A stretch of DNA of 64,000 bases from an uncultured cyanobacterium (lineage in GTDB: Bacteria; Cyanobacteriota; Cyanobacteriia; Cyanobacteriales; Nostocaceae), in the NCBI GenBank assembly GCA_963740315.1, contig CAVUDP010000003.1:518280-582279 (forward strand), written 5' to 3'. Shown one piece after another: positions 41,710-52,788 of this stretch. The stretch's first letter is position 1. Each line of letters opens with the position of its first letter. The notes beneath the pieces are model-generated. The model saw nothing but the letters and a program-made list of their open reading frames with translations. It was not told where the DNA came from and made no database searches. Position numbers and translations under genes: made by a program.

Positions 41710-42668
41710 AAATTTCCCAGACAAATTTGCTCATCTTCTGCAAAGAAGCGATCGACACCAAAACCTACTGCTCTGTTTTGATGGGATAATTCTGCGGCTA
41801 ATGATAATGCTGCTTCTCTGCCAATACGGGTTTCAAAAACTGATGAAAATACAGTATCGATTTTATGAGTTAGACAAAATCGGCGTAAACGCGATGGGGA
41901 ACCAATTATACCAGCTTTGATAACAAAAATTTCTCGCCAACCTTTTTGATAACAGCTTTGAAGTTGTTTGAGATTGGCTACAGATTCATCTAAAGCTATT
42001 TTCGTGGTGTAACGGCGACTCAATTCCAACATTTCTGAGAAGCGATCGACACAAAGCGGTTGTTCAATGAATTCGATTTTTGAATGAATATGATTATTTA
42101 TATTGATATCGTCGCACTTTTGCAGCCAAATCTCAGCTTCGCGATCGCTCAAACCAGCATTCGCATCCAGACGCAGTTTTGTGACTGGTAATTCTTCAAC
42201 AAGTGACTCGAAAATAGATATTTCCTCAGCAACGGGATAAACACCGATTTTCCATTTAAAAGTACGATAACCATCCTCCCAGAGTTTTCGCCATTGAGTT
42301 AAAGCTGCTTTTCCAGCAGGCAATAAACCGCTACAGGTAAAATTTTCTGGAAGCAGGGAAGCAGAATTAATATTTCTTAGCATTTCTCGCGCTGACTCAA
42401 ACCCAAACTGACAAGCAGGTAATTTATCGGGAATCGAGAAAATCGTTTCATCACCAATATTGTTCGGTAATTGGCGACAAAATGAAACCGCTTGCTCAAT
42501 AGTTTCCGAGCCAAACCAACTAATAGGAGCAATTTCTCCCCATCCAATCCCAGTTTCATCGCTTAGTCGAATAATAACGCCATCACGATTTTCCCAAACA
42601 CCGTGAGACGTATTTAAAGGAGTGACGAATTTTCGACGATAAGCACGAAATTCAAATTTGTACACCAT
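41682..42668 (-). CDS. menC: O-succinylbenzoate synthase
   Basis: Enolase superfamily motifs TFKWKIG, LRLDAN, IEQP, ALDES. Confidence 0.9.
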   Translation of the reverse strand: MVYKFEFRAYRRKFVTPLNTSHGVWENRDGVIIRLSDETGIGWGEIAPISWFGSETIEQAVSFCRQLPNNIGDETIFSIPDKLPACQFGFESAREMLRNINSASLLPENFTCSGLLPAGKAALTQWRKLWEDGYRTFKWKIGVYPVAEEISIFESLVEELPVTKLRLDANAGLSDREAEIWLQKCDDININNHIHSKIEFIEQPLCVDRFSEMLELSRRYTTKIALDESVANLKQLQSCYQKGWREIFVIKAGIIGSPSRLRRFCLTHKIDTVFSSVFETRIGREAALSLAAELSHQNRAVGFGVDRFFAEDEQICLGNLWKKTLHIS

Positions 42669-42850
42669 CCAACAATTTTAGATTTTAGATTTTGGATTTT
42701 GGATTGAAAGCTAGCAGTGAGGAGTTAGGAGATGATATTGCGGAGGGAGCGGAGGAAGCGGAGGAAGAAAATAGAAAATAAATAATTAATTGCTTCCCCT
42801 GCCTCCTCTGCTTCCCCTGCCTCCCCTGCCTCCTCTACCCCCTCTCCCCC

Positions 42851-42985
42851 TCTCCCCAAAGGTTACTGAGCAGTTCGACGTAGCTCACTGTAAGACTTGT
42901 CGAAGTACTCCCCATCTCCCCAAAGGTTACTGAGCAGTTCGACGTAGCTCACTGTAAGACTTGTCGAAGTACTCCCCATCTCCCC
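42851..42985. repeat. 64-bp tandem duplication of a composite repeat
   Basis: tctccccaaaggttactgagcagttcgacgtagctcactgtaagacttgtcgaagtactcccca at 42851 and 42915. Confidence 0.9.
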
Positions 42986-43005
42986 ACCTCCCATTCCCAA
43001 TTTAT

Positions 43006-43902
43006 TTACAAAACAAACCCCAAACCTAATAGCAAACAACACCAAAATTGCATGGCGATCGCAATAAATTTGGAGTTGCTAACTTTAGCAGGTTGATTGT
43101 GATTTAGCCCGACATGATTGGATAATTTCCGCGCAAAAGGCAGGCTAAACAAGCTTAACAGCGTCCATAAGGGAAATATTCCGCAAAGTACAAATATTAA
43201 TATCAGTACGTAAATACTGCCAGTTAACCAGTTTAAAACTTGAGAACCTTTTTGAGTTCCCAGACGAACAATAGGTGAAAGTTTACCTGCGGCTAAGTCA
43301 TCTTTTACTTGATGAAAGTGGGAACAAAATAATATTAAAGTTGTGGTAATGCCAACTATTACTGAAGCAGCTAAACTCATTAAAGACCAAGTTTGAGTTT
43401 GACTGTAATATGCTGCGGTGACTCCCAAAGGACCAAAGGCGAAAAAGCAAAGTATTTCTCCTAAACCTTGGTATCCTAAACGAAAAGGAGGTCCTTGGTA
43501 AAGATATCCTAAGCCGCAACACAGTAAAATGATTCCAATTAAAGTTAGGTCTTTTTGCCACCAACTAATTGCGAATATTCCTAACAATCCCAGACTCAGA
43601 AAGCAATTTCCCAGCCATAATATTAATTGTCTGTTGCCCGTCAAATTTACGAGAGAATGATGTTTATTAATGTCAATTCCCGTATCGGAATCAAAAACAT
43701 CATTACTCAAATTTTCCCAGGCAAGAATCAAAATTGCAGCAGCTAAAAATGTGCAAAAAACAGCTGCATGAAGCACTTTTGTTTCGGCAAAAGCAACAGC
43801 GGTTCCTACCCAAATCGGCATAATTGCAACGCAATACATCGGCGGTTTGATCGCCGCCATCCATAACTTTATGTTGGGATATAAAATCAGCTTTGTAGTC
43901 AT
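43006..43902 (-). CDS. menA: DHNA phytyltransferase
   Basis: AAIKPPMY, NDVFD, YQGPPFRLGY, HFHQVKDD. Confidence 0.92.
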   Translation of the reverse strand: MTTKLILYPNIKLWMAAIKPPMYCVAIMPIWVGTAVAFAETKVLHAAVFCTFLAAAILILAWENLSNDVFDSDTGIDINKHHSLVNLTGNRQLILWLGNCFLSLGLLGIFAISWWQKDLTLIGIILLCCGLGYLYQGPPFRLGYQGLGEILCFFAFGPLGVTAAYYSQTQTWSLMSLAASVIVGITTTLILFCSHFHQVKDDLAAGKLSPIVRLGTQKGSQVLNWLTGSIYVLILIFVLCGIFPLWTLLSLFSLPFARKLSNHVGLNHNQPAKVSNSKFIAIAMQFWCCLLLGLGFVL

Positions 43903-44208
43903 CAGTCGCAATCAATAAATTGCCAAATTTTCTACCGACACAAAGTAGCAAGCGCATTCGCGCGGAGCGTCTACTTTACCAGTTTTACCCTGCTTAGTGC
44001 ATCCCTTGTCCACCAGGGCTGTATTTAGGGCAAAGCTCCTGTAAAATCTACAGTCGAAGCAGTTAAGGAGGTTTTACCATCAACATTGATGAACCTGCCT
44101 TCGCGCTTCTGGTAAAACAGCGTCTGAATGTGCTACCTGTAGAAATACGACCACGTTTCATGATGCTTTAGGAAGAGAACTTCAAAAAAATTTACTATTT
44201 TTAGATCC

Positions 44209-45630
44209 ATGACAGTTTCACCATGTTCTGCCGAGTTTTTTGTTTACAATAAGGAACTATACCAATTTCTGGTAAAAAATCGAGCATATTGTATTAAGAA
44301 TAATTGCACGCAAATAGCTAGTATTGCTGTTTATATTGACTCGGTAGATCCTCTGGTTGTCTTCCAGAAACTATCCACATCTAATCGGCTGAATTTTTAC
44401 TGGGAAAACCCAAGCAAAAAATCAGCAATTGCTGCTATTGATGCGGTAACAAAATTTCAAGTTGAAGGTAAAGAGCGTTTTAATCAAGCTGAAAAGTTTG
44501 TAAAATATTATTTAAGCAAAATAGTTAATTTTTGCAACGTAAATCATGCGATCGCAAAACCATTATTTTTTTGCAGCTTTAGTTTTTTTGATACAAACCT
44601 CCAACAAGATTACCCTTTTCCTGCGGCTACCATTTTTTTACCCAAATGGCAAATAACTCGTCAAAATGACCGCTGTATGTTAATAGCGAATATTGCGATT
44701 AATGCAGAATTAAATATAGAAAAATCTTTACAAAGTTTATGGCAGAAAATTACGGCTATTAATAGTTTAAAATACGATTTTATCAGCTTAAATGATTCCA
44801 AACCTCAATTTATTAAAAATTCAATTAGTCAACCCAGTCAATTCAAGCGATCGGTATTATCAGCTTTAGAAGATATTCGTAAAGGTCACTATAGTAAAAT
44901 TGTTTTAGCGGATGCTTTGAATATTACAACGAGTACTCCATTAAACTTATTCAAATCATTAAATAATCTACGACAACTACATCCCAACTGCTGTATCTTT
45001 TCCACAAGCAACGGCAAAGGACAAAACTTTATCGGTGCATCTCCAGAAACGCTAATAGCAATTCATAATCAAAAGTTAACTACCGATGCTTTAGCTGGAA
45101 GCGCAGCCAGAGGTAAAACGCCGGAAGAAGATGCGAAAAATGCCGATCGCTTACTTAACAGTGAAAAAGAAAGACACGAGCATTCCTTAGTAATTGATTT
45201 TATTACTCAAAAGTTGTTCAGTTTAGGTTTACTTCCCCAGGTTTATGCCCCTAGATTGCGACAACTATCAAATATTCAGCACTTGTGGACACCAATTATC
45301 GCCAAAGTTCCCCGTAACGTGCATCCTTTACAAATAGTCGCTCAACTGCATCCTACACCAGCAGTAGCCGGAGTTGCACCCGATATTGCTTGCCAGGAAA
45401 TTCGCCGTTACGAAAGTTTCGAGAGGGGTTTATACGCCGCACCTTTAGGTTGGATAGATTCGAGCGGTAACTGTGAATTTGTCGTCGGAATTCGTTCGGC
45501 GCTTATCGATACTTCCACCGAATCATCTTTACTTTATGCAGGTGCCGGTATTGTACCAGGTTCCGACCCAGAAAAAGAATTTGCCGAAATTCAACTCAAA
45601 CTACAAGCACTTTTGAAAGCACTGGAATAA
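44209..45630 (+). CDS. menF: Isochorismate synthase
   Basis: FIGASPE, KERHEH, LHPTPAV, YAGAGIV. Confidence 0.92.
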   Translation: MTVSPCSAEFFVYNKELYQFLVKNRAYCIKNNCTQIASIAVYIDSVDPLVVFQKLSTSNRLNFYWENPSKKSAIAAIDAVTKFQVEGKERFNQAEKFVKYYLSKIVNFCNVNHAIAKPLFFCSFSFFDTNLQQDYPFPAATIFLPKWQITRQNDRCMLIANIAINAELNIEKSLQSLWQKITAINSLKYDFISLNDSKPQFIKNSISQPSQFKRSVLSALEDIRKGHYSKIVLADALNITTSTPLNLFKSLNNLRQLHPNCCIFSTSNGKGQNFIGASPETLIAIHNQKLTTDALAGSAARGKTPEEDAKNADRLLNSEKERHEHSLVIDFITQKLFSLGLLPQVYAPRLRQLSNIQHLWTPIIAKVPRNVHPLQIVAQLHPTPAVAGVAPDIACQEIRRYESFERGLYAAPLGWIDSSGNCEFVVGIRSALIDTSTESSLLYAGAGIVPGSDPEKEFAEIQLKLQALLKALE

Positions 45631-45940
45631 CAGTTAGCAGTTACCAGTTAGCAGTTACCAGTTAGCAGTTAATTAGCGATCGCGCCATAACACAACCAAC
45701 AACAAGGTAAACATAGCAATCTAGCACCTGTGTATCATCTGTATTTCACGCAATCAAACCCCGCTATCCTTTCTACACCTACTCTTTATCGTTAAATTAA
45801 GATCGCTTTGCCAAAGTGGCAACAGGCAATACTTTTTTTGATTTATTATTCAAATTAATAAGTCTACTTAGCTTAAGTCAGGGTGCTGAAATAACTATCA
45901 AAGTCTGTCAATCGAAAATATGCTCAAGGTGATGTTTGGA

Positions 45941-45984
45941 GCGGGAAGTAAGTGTAATTTCACTTATTTTTCGCCTTTTTCTTT
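45941..45984 (+). terminator. Intrinsic terminator-like hairpin
   Basis: gcgggaagtaagtg-taattt-cacttatttttcgc followed by a T tract; G-U pairs form only on the + strand. Confidence 0.6.
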
Positions 45985-46072
45985 TGGAGGGGGGAGATGG
46001 GGAGATGGGGAGATAGAAAACTCCGGTGGTTTTAACTATTCTCAATTACCAATTACCAATGCCCAATGCCCA

Positions 46073-47377
46073 TCATATTAAATCTTTGTGTAGAAAGGGC
46101 TTAGCATCTTCGCCAGTGTAACTACTCGCTACATGACCGTTACCTGTCATTCTATATTTATAAGTTACCAAACCTTCTAAACCAACGGGACCTCTTGGTG
46201 GTATTTGTTGGGTACTAATTCCTACTTCTGCACCAAAACCGTAGCGGAAACCGTCTGCAAAACGGGTGGAACAATTATGATAAACTCCGGCTGCATTTAC
46301 TAAGGATAAGAAATTCTCTGCTGCTTCCATATCTTGCGTGACAATTGCATCGGTATGTTTGGAACCGTATTCGTTGATGTGGGCGATCGCGTCTTCTAAA
46401 GAATCAACAATTTTGATTGACAAAATTAAATCGCTGTATTCTGTTTCCCAGTCTGTTTCTGTTGCTGGTACAATGTTGGCTAAAATTTCTTGAGTTTTTT
46501 CGTCTCCCCTCAATTCAACGTTCAATTTTTGTAAAGCTTCTGCAACCTGCGGTAGAATTGATGCAATCTCTTGATGAACTAGCAATGTTTCGATCGCATT
46601 GCAAGCCGCAGGATAATGAGTTTTAGCATCCACTGCAATATTCACGGCTTTGTCAATATCTGCGGCTTTATCAATATAAAGATGACATATTCCGTCGGCG
46701 TGTCCTAATACTGGAATTGCGGTGTTTTGCTGCACGAATTGCACAAAAGAATTAGAACCCCTGGGAATAATTAAATCTACATATTTGTCTAACTTCAAAA
46801 GTTCTAAAGTTTCTTCTCTGGTGGTTAATAACTGTACCGCATCGGGGTGAACTGTAGTTTGAGATAATCCTTTTTTAATAGCCTTAACTATTGCTTCGCA
46901 AGAACGAATCGCTTCTTTTCCACCTTTGAGAATTACACCATTACCCGATTTTATCGCTAGAGTTGCTATTTGAATCGCTGCTTCCGGACGTGCTTCAAAA
47001 ATTACCCCTAAAACCCCCAAAGGACAACTTACACGTTTGAGAACCAAACCAGTATCTAGTTTACGATGAATTTGAGTGCTACCAACAGGATCGTTTAGTT
47101 TACCTATATCCCTTACCCCAGCGATATTATCTCTTAATTTATGTTCGTCCAACTGCAAGCGTTTATAAAGCGGCTTAGCAATTCCTTCACTTGCAGCAGC
47201 TTCACAATCGGCGACATTTGCGATTATTATTTCATCTCGTGCAGATTCTAAAGCAGCAGCGATCGCTTCAATAGCTTCATTTTTCGCCGCTGTAGATAAA
47301 ACCGCCAGTTTCCTTGCTGCAAGTTGTGTAAGTTTGGCGATCGCAATTAAACCAGAATCATGATTGTCAGCTGTCAT
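46073..47377 (-). CDS. proA: Gamma-glutamyl phosphate reductase
   Basis: [48 protein letters not shown]. Confidence 0.95.
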   Translation of the reverse strand: MTADNHDSGLIAIAKLTQLAARKLAVLSTAAKNEAIEAIAAALESARDEIIIANVADCEAAASEGIAKPLYKRLQLDEHKLRDNIAGVRDIGKLNDPVGSTQIHRKLDTGLVLKRVSCPLGVLGVIFEARPEAAIQIATLAIKSGNGVILKGGKEAIRSCEAIVKAIKKGLSQTTVHPDAVQLLTTREETLELLKLDKYVDLIIPRGSNSFVQFVQQNTAIPVLGHADGICHLYIDKAADIDKAVNIAVDAKTHYPAACNAIETLLVHQEIASILPQVAEALQKLNVELRGDEKTQEILANIVPATETDWETEYSDLILSIKIVDSLEDAIAHINEYGSKHTDAIVTQDMEAAENFLSLVNAAGVYHNCSTRFADGFRYGFGAEVGISTQQIPPRGPVGLEGLVTYKYRMTGNGHVASSYTGEDAKPFLHKDLI

Positions 47378-47782
47378 GGTAGGTGTTGCCCAAAAACGCA
47401 GTCTTATCTTTTATCGTAACTGCGAACGGGAAAAATTCAGAGTCAAGTATCAAGGATGATTGTTAAAAACTTATTATCATAGCTATTTCATCTACTTAGA
47501 GCAACGCTTTCATATCCGGTAGCTAAAAAGCTGTAATCTGAAAATATCGGATAATTGTCTTGCGGGGAATAAAAACGATCGAATCAAATAGCTAAAAATA
47601 GGTATTTTTCTCTACTAAAAATATTTTAGCCACCATCCGGAATACTCGAACTCGCTTCTGTAGCTTTCCCTATCAAAATAAATATTACAATTAGTCTTTT
47701 TCAAAATTGGTCTTTTTCAAATAATATTAAATCTTGTTAATTTCAGCTTTCGACATAAAACCAGCAATAACTTATAACTATT

Positions 47783-48259
47783 ATGACTACTATTTTCAAT
47801 CGCATTAGTCACGTTATCAATAAACCTGTATTGAAGCAAGGTTATACAGGCGAAGCAGTAAGTGAATTACAAGAGTTATTAAAGCATTGGCAGTGCTACT
47901 TTGGTAAAATTGATGGTATATTTGGACCCCAAACTACATCTGCGGTTAACTGCTTTGAATACTGGATGTTTTTAACTGAAGACGGCATAGTTGATGAAAA
48001 TACTTGGCATTGTTTGTATAAAGGTGCCCCAGTAGATATGCCTTTGTTACAAAAAGGTAGTGAAGGTGAATTAGTAGAAAAAATCCAGGAAAGGCTTTTA
48101 TGGTCGGGTTTTTTCCAATCTGCAATTACCGGCTACTTTGATATTGTTACCGAAAAAGCTATCAAAGATTTGCAACAGCGTAGCGGATCGATCGCAGATG
48201 GAATAGTTGGCGATTGCACTTGGTTTGAGTTAAGTAAAATCCGCGAGTATGGCTGTTAA
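47783..48259 (+). CDS. Tandem peptidoglycan-binding (PG_binding_1) domain protein
   Basis: Two LxxGxxG..V..LQ..DGIxG..TW repeats. Confidence 0.85.
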   Translation: MTTIFNRISHVINKPVLKQGYTGEAVSELQELLKHWQCYFGKIDGIFGPQTTSAVNCFEYWMFLTEDGIVDENTWHCLYKGAPVDMPLLQKGSEGELVEKIQERLLWSGFFQSAITGYFDIVTEKAIKDLQQRSGSIADGIVGDCTWFELSKIREYGC

Positions 48260-48316
48260 TTCGTATCTTGCACCATTCGGTTTTTTTCGCGATGCGATCG
48301 AGGTACAAGATGTAAG

Positions 48317-48637
48317 TTAATTACAAAGCACGGCATTCTTAACCTGTTGTTGAGAATAAGCTAATGGTTCAATAACTAAATCTTCACCTCTAATGATAAC
48401 GAGATGTTTTTTACAAGAAAAGAACCATCCATCATCATTTTTTTCATAATTAACAATACCGTCTCTTAATTGCCATTCTCGAACTGCATTTCCTCCAGAA
48501 TATAAAGTAATTCTATAATCATCACCAAGGAGATGTGAAATTTTTTGCGTCCAACTATTTCCTTTACTAGGCGTACAGCCACTTAGTAAAATCAGAATTA
48601 AGATAATAAGTAGAAATACAATTTTAAGTTTAGGCAT
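48317..48637 (-). CDS. Small hypothetical lipoprotein
   Basis: Lipobox LSGC after a hydrophobic stretch. Confidence 0.7.
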   Translation of the reverse strand: MPKLKIVFLLIILILILLSGCTPSKGNSWTQKISHLLGDDYRITLYSGGNAVREWQLRDGIVNYEKNDDGWFFSCKKHLVIIRGEDLVIEPLAYSQQQVKNAVLCN

Positions 48638-48992
48638 AAAATATGTTTAAGAATATTTTGCTTAAGTAAATATAGTAATATTAAGGTTCTTACTATTAAA
48701 ATTTTTAGCCTTTTTGCCTGTTTAATATTCTTCAAAAGTACAGCTAATTATTCAGAATAATTTGCAACGACAGAATAAATAGATAACAAATAAAACCGAT
48801 TAATTCGTTTATATATTAACTGTGTTTAGCAAAAAAATATGCTTGCCCTCGAATACTGCTTCTGATGCGATCGCTCAACCAATCGACTATTGATGATAAT
48901 ATAAGAATCATCGCTTAATAAACTTTTCTTAACCTATAGCTAAAGAATGCACTTTTGTAGCGAGCGATAATTTTACAAACTTAAACCAAAGA

Positions 48993-49913
48993 ATGCAGAT
49001 GAGATTTAATTCGCAAAGAAAAATCTGCGCCAAATACAGAAAAAGAGCTAAGGGAAAACGTCAAAAAAATCTCTGGAGAAGTGAGATTAATGACATAGTT
49101 AGAGGCGGATGTGGCGGTTTTTTGTTTGGTATTCCCTTGCTTTATACAATGGAAGTATGGTGGATTGGTTCATTTGCAACACCGGCGATGATGTTAGTAG
49201 CACTGGTATTAACATTTATAGTTGTTTATCTGCTCATGCGTACTGAAGGCTTTCGTAAACCCAAACTTTTCAGTCGTCGTTACCAGGCTATTACCGAAAC
49301 AATAGAAGCAATGGGAATCGGCTTAGTTTGTTCGGCTTTTATGCTGTTACTGTTACAAGAAATATCCCTGGGAGTATCTCTTAAAGAGGCATTGGGTAAG
49401 ATTATCTTTGAAAGCGTACCCTTTAGTTTGGGAGTTGCATTAGCCAATAATTTATTAGGGGAAAACGGTAATAATTCACCCGATAACAGAATCAAACAAG
49501 ATGATTCAGCCGATCGCAACAACACCTTTTCCGATTTAAGCGCCACCTTAATTGGTGCGATCGTTATCGGCTTTAACATTGCTCCAACCGATGAAATAAC
49601 GACACTTGCAGCAGCAGTTTCCGAACCTTGGCTGTTAGCAATTATTGCAACTTCCTTATTAATTTCTTATGCAATAGTATTTCAAGCAGGTTTCTCCGCA
49701 CAAGAAAAACGCAAACAGCACAAAGGCATATTTCAAAAACCATTTAGCGAAACTACCATCTGCTACTTAGTTTCATTGATAGCAGCAGCAATCATGCTGT
49801 GGTTTTTTCAAAAGTTGACTTGGGACGATCCTTGGATAATTTGGTTAGAACATACATTAATATTAGGATTACCAACAACCATCGGTGGTGCTGCGGGAAG
49901 ATTGGCGATATGA
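48993..49913 (+). CDS. TIGR02587 (DUF2391) membrane protein
   Basis: GIPLLYTMEVWWIG, FNIAPTDE, IGGAAGRL. Confidence 0.85.
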   Translation: MQMRFNSQRKICAKYRKRAKGKRQKNLWRSEINDIVRGGCGGFLFGIPLLYTMEVWWIGSFATPAMMLVALVLTFIVVYLLMRTEGFRKPKLFSRRYQAITETIEAMGIGLVCSAFMLLLLQEISLGVSLKEALGKIIFESVPFSLGVALANNLLGENGNNSPDNRIKQDDSADRNNTFSDLSATLIGAIVIGFNIAPTDEITTLAAAVSEPWLLAIIATSLLISYAIVFQAGFSAQEKRKQHKGIFQKPFSETTICYLVSLIAAAIMLWFFQKLTWDDPWIIWLEHTLILGLPTTIGGAAGRLAI

Positions 49914-50311
49914 ATCAACCTCAACAACCCCAAAAACGTACAGCTGCCGAATGGGTGACATTTAGCGTCGCTTCATCAATACTTGTCGGAGTTATAAGTT
50001 TAGTCACCTTCACCTGGGTAAAACAACCAGTAGAGAAACCACCCGTTCTTATTGTCACCAATAACAAACCTCTGCGAAAAGTAAACGGACAATATTACAT
50101 ACCCTTCGAGGTAGTTAATCAAGGAGGAGAAACAGCAGCTTCCGTACAAGTGATAGCCGAATTGCGTATCAACGGCAAAGTTGAGGAAACAGGGGAACAG
50201 CAAATTGAATATTTATCGAGAAAAGAGAAAGAAACAGGGGCGTTTATATTTAGTCAGAATCCCGAAAAAGGAGAATTGATTTTACGGGTTGCCAGTTATA
50301 AATCGCCTTAA
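49910..50311 (+). CDS. TIGR02588-family protein
   Basis: AEWVTF, NQGGETA, VASYKSP; ATGA overlap with the previous gene. Confidence 0.8.
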   Translation: MNQPQQPQKRTAAEWVTFSVASSILVGVISLVTFTWVKQPVEKPPVLIVTNNKPLRKVNGQYYIPFEVVNQGGETAASVQVIAELRINGKVEETGEQQIEYLSRKEKETGAFIFSQNPEKGELILRVASYKSP

Positions 50312-50321
50312 CATTAATTCG

Positions 50322-51590
50322 TCAGGGCTTAAGCCCCTTCGCCAATTCGGGAGTTTTCCCTAATAAGCCAATCATCAATTTAAGATTAAATATTCTGATA
50401 AAAGCTACGCGCTGCATTACCCATAAACCTAAGCGTCTGGCGATGACTACGGGTAGGAATTTGTTGGAAAATACTCTATCTAATAAATCTGTAAAACCTA
50501 AAATAGCTAGATTTTCCCGTTTTCTCCAGCGCTCGTAGGTTTTGAGTATCTTAATATCTCCAATATCTTTACCTGTAGAATAGGCTTCTTTAATAACTTG
50601 AGCTAAGGCTGCTGCATCGCGAATGCCCAAATTTAAACCTTGTCCGCCTACGGGATGACATTTGTGTGCTGCATCGCCGATTAAAGCTAACCGATGCAAT
50701 ACATAGCGATCGCTCTGCATTAACTGCACTTGAAAAACGAAGCGATCGCCTAATAATTCTAATTTACCCATTTGCTCGCCAAAGCGTTTTTGTAACTGTG
50801 TCAAAAATTGCTCGTCATCCAATTCAAGCAAAGCTTTCGCTTCTTCATGGGGTGCCGTCCAAACAATCCGACAGCGGTTTCCCGGTAAGGGTAAAATCGC
50901 AAATGGTCCGCTGGATTGAAACTTTTCGTAAGCTGTATTATTGTGGGGTTTTTCTGGCTTGACAAATGCTACAATACAAGATTGCCAATATTTCCAACCT
51001 CTGGTTTTAATCCCAGCAGCTTCACGAATTCGGGATTTACCTCCGTCGGCAGCTACTACTAAATGGCTGCGAATCGTACATATCTCTCCTGCGACTTTAA
51101 CCTCTACCGTCGCCATATTTTCGAGGTATTCCGTACTTATTACTTCTGCCGGACATAAATAAGTAATGTTCGGACTGTCTTTAACAAGCTCTTGCAAAGG
51201 ATACAGTAGCGCTTGATGTTCGGCAACGTAGCCCAAATCTTTGCTGCCAATATCGTCCGTATTAAATTCCACTACACCCGAATAATCGGCATCAGAAAGG
51301 CGCACGCGGTTATAAGTTTCAATTTGGGGTAATATCTTGTCCCAAATGCCAATTCCTTGATAAATCAACGCCGACAGCATATGTATTGCATAGGCTTGTC
51401 CTTTTGCTACCGACGCAGATTGAACTCTGGCTTCAATTAAAAGTATTCTTAATGCCGAATCATTTAATGCAGCGGCTAAAGTTAAGCCGATAATTCCGCC
51501 ACCGACAATTACCAAATCGTAATCGTACCCTCGTTTTTCGGCGAGGGATTCGGAAGGTGAAGTAATTTTAGAGAACTGCGCTTGTGGCAT
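50322..51590 (-). CDS. FAD-dependent hydroxylase (UbiH/COQ6 family)
   Basis: GGGIIG, AADG..S, GDAAH..HPVGGQGLNLG. Confidence 0.88.
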   Translation of the reverse strand: MPQAQFSKITSPSESLAEKRGYDYDLVIVGGGIIGLTLAAALNDSALRILLIEARVQSASVAKGQAYAIHMLSALIYQGIGIWDKILPQIETYNRVRLSDADYSGVVEFNTDDIGSKDLGYVAEHQALLYPLQELVKDSPNITYLCPAEVISTEYLENMATVEVKVAGEICTIRSHLVVAADGGKSRIREAAGIKTRGWKYWQSCIVAFVKPEKPHNNTAYEKFQSSGPFAILPLPGNRCRIVWTAPHEEAKALLELDDEQFLTQLQKRFGEQMGKLELLGDRFVFQVQLMQSDRYVLHRLALIGDAAHKCHPVGGQGLNLGIRDAAALAQVIKEAYSTGKDIGDIKILKTYERWRKRENLAILGFTDLLDRVFSNKFLPVVIARRLGLWVMQRVAFIRIFNLKLMIGLLGKTPELAKGLKP

Positions 51591-51728
51591 TGTTAAGATT
51601 AATCACAGCATTTTCATATATTGTGACGTATTTTGAAGCATTTGGGCAAGGGGAGAGGGGGAGACAAGGAGAGGGGGAGACAAGGAGATGGGGGGATGGG
51701 GAGAATAGTTAGTTATTAATAGTTGAAT

Positions 51729-51836
51729 CACAATATCAAAGCCAATCACTTCATATCCGTTGGCACGCAAGACTTTTTCAACAACTGAACCAATCATTCC
51801 TTCGTTGCCCGTAACTAATATCTTCATAGTCTTCAA
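51729..51836 (-). pseudogene. Truncated NAD-dependent epimerase/dehydratase N-terminus
   Basis: MKILVTGNEGMIGS..GYEVIGFD then runs into STRR-derived sequence. Confidence 0.65.
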
Positions 51837-52600
51837 CTATATGTAGTTTCGCTCAAAGCGATTAAATCATCAGACAGATCGAAGTTAGCTGTCACATTTT
51901 GCACGTCGTCTAAGGATTCTAGACTATCAATTAACTTGAGAAGCATCCGCGCTTGTTCGGAGTCGGTGACATCTATATTATTACTGGGAATCCAGCGCAA
52001 TTCTACATCAGTAACGTCAAAGCCTTGGTCTTGAAGTGTTTGATTGAGGGTTTCTAAATCCGCGACTTCTGCTAAAACTTCAGTTATGTCATCGTCGGTC
52101 ATTTCGTAAAATTCCGCTCCTCCTTCTAAAGAAGCTTCGAGAAGTTGTTCTTCGCTGGTAACATCTTTAACGACACAAACACCTTTTTGGTCGAACATCC
52201 AGCTAACACAACCAGTTTCCCCAAGATTGCCGCCATTTTTAGTAAAAGCTTCTCGTAAATAGGCTGCGGTGCGGTTGCGATTGTCCGTCAGCGCTTCAAT
52301 CAAAATCGCCACACCACCCGGTCCGTAGCCTTCGTAGCGTATCTCCTCAAACTCTGCTTCATCGTCCGCAAAAGTACCCGCACCTTTAGCGATCGCTCGC
52401 TCTATATTATCGTTAGGAATACCTGCTGCTTTGGCTTTTTCTATGGCGGTGCGGAGTTGAAAGTTACCATTAGGATCTGGTACACCACTTCTAGCTGCAA
52501 CAATAATCGCACGGGATAGCTGAGTAAAGGTTTTACCTCTTTTAGCATCAACCCGCGCTTTCTGACGTTTAATATTAGCCCATTTACTATGACCTGCCAT
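51833..52600 (-). CDS. yebC: YebC/PmpR-family protein
   Basis: [32 protein letters not shown]. Confidence 0.95.
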   Translation of the reverse strand: MAGHSKWANIKRQKARVDAKRGKTFTQLSRAIIVAARSGVPDPNGNFQLRTAIEKAKAAGIPNDNIERAIAKGAGTFADDEAEFEEIRYEGYGPGGVAILIEALTDNRNRTAAYLREAFTKNGGNLGETGCVSWMFDQKGVCVVKDVTSEEQLLEASLEGGAEFYEMTDDDITEVLAEVADLETLNQTLQDQGFDVTDVELRWIPSNNIDVTDSEQARMLLKLIDSLESLDDVQNVTANFDLSDDLIALSETTYS

Positions 52601-52788
52601 AATCTAAACCTATAAAATCAAATCAATAACCAAGATATATGATTTTTCTCTAAAATTTACTTTAGCAAAGCATTAAATAATTGGTAAGAATCAACTAATC
52701 CACTTTTTCAGATTTTCAAGGTCTGAAATTCCTGTAACTCATATAGAATTGCTATAGAAAAAATATTATCAACTAAATATCTTCTCCT

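Noticed and set aside
43930..44160. Riboswitch in the menA-menF intergenic region
   Set aside because: A ttttacca...tggtaaaa pairing exists, but I recognise no riboswitch consensus.
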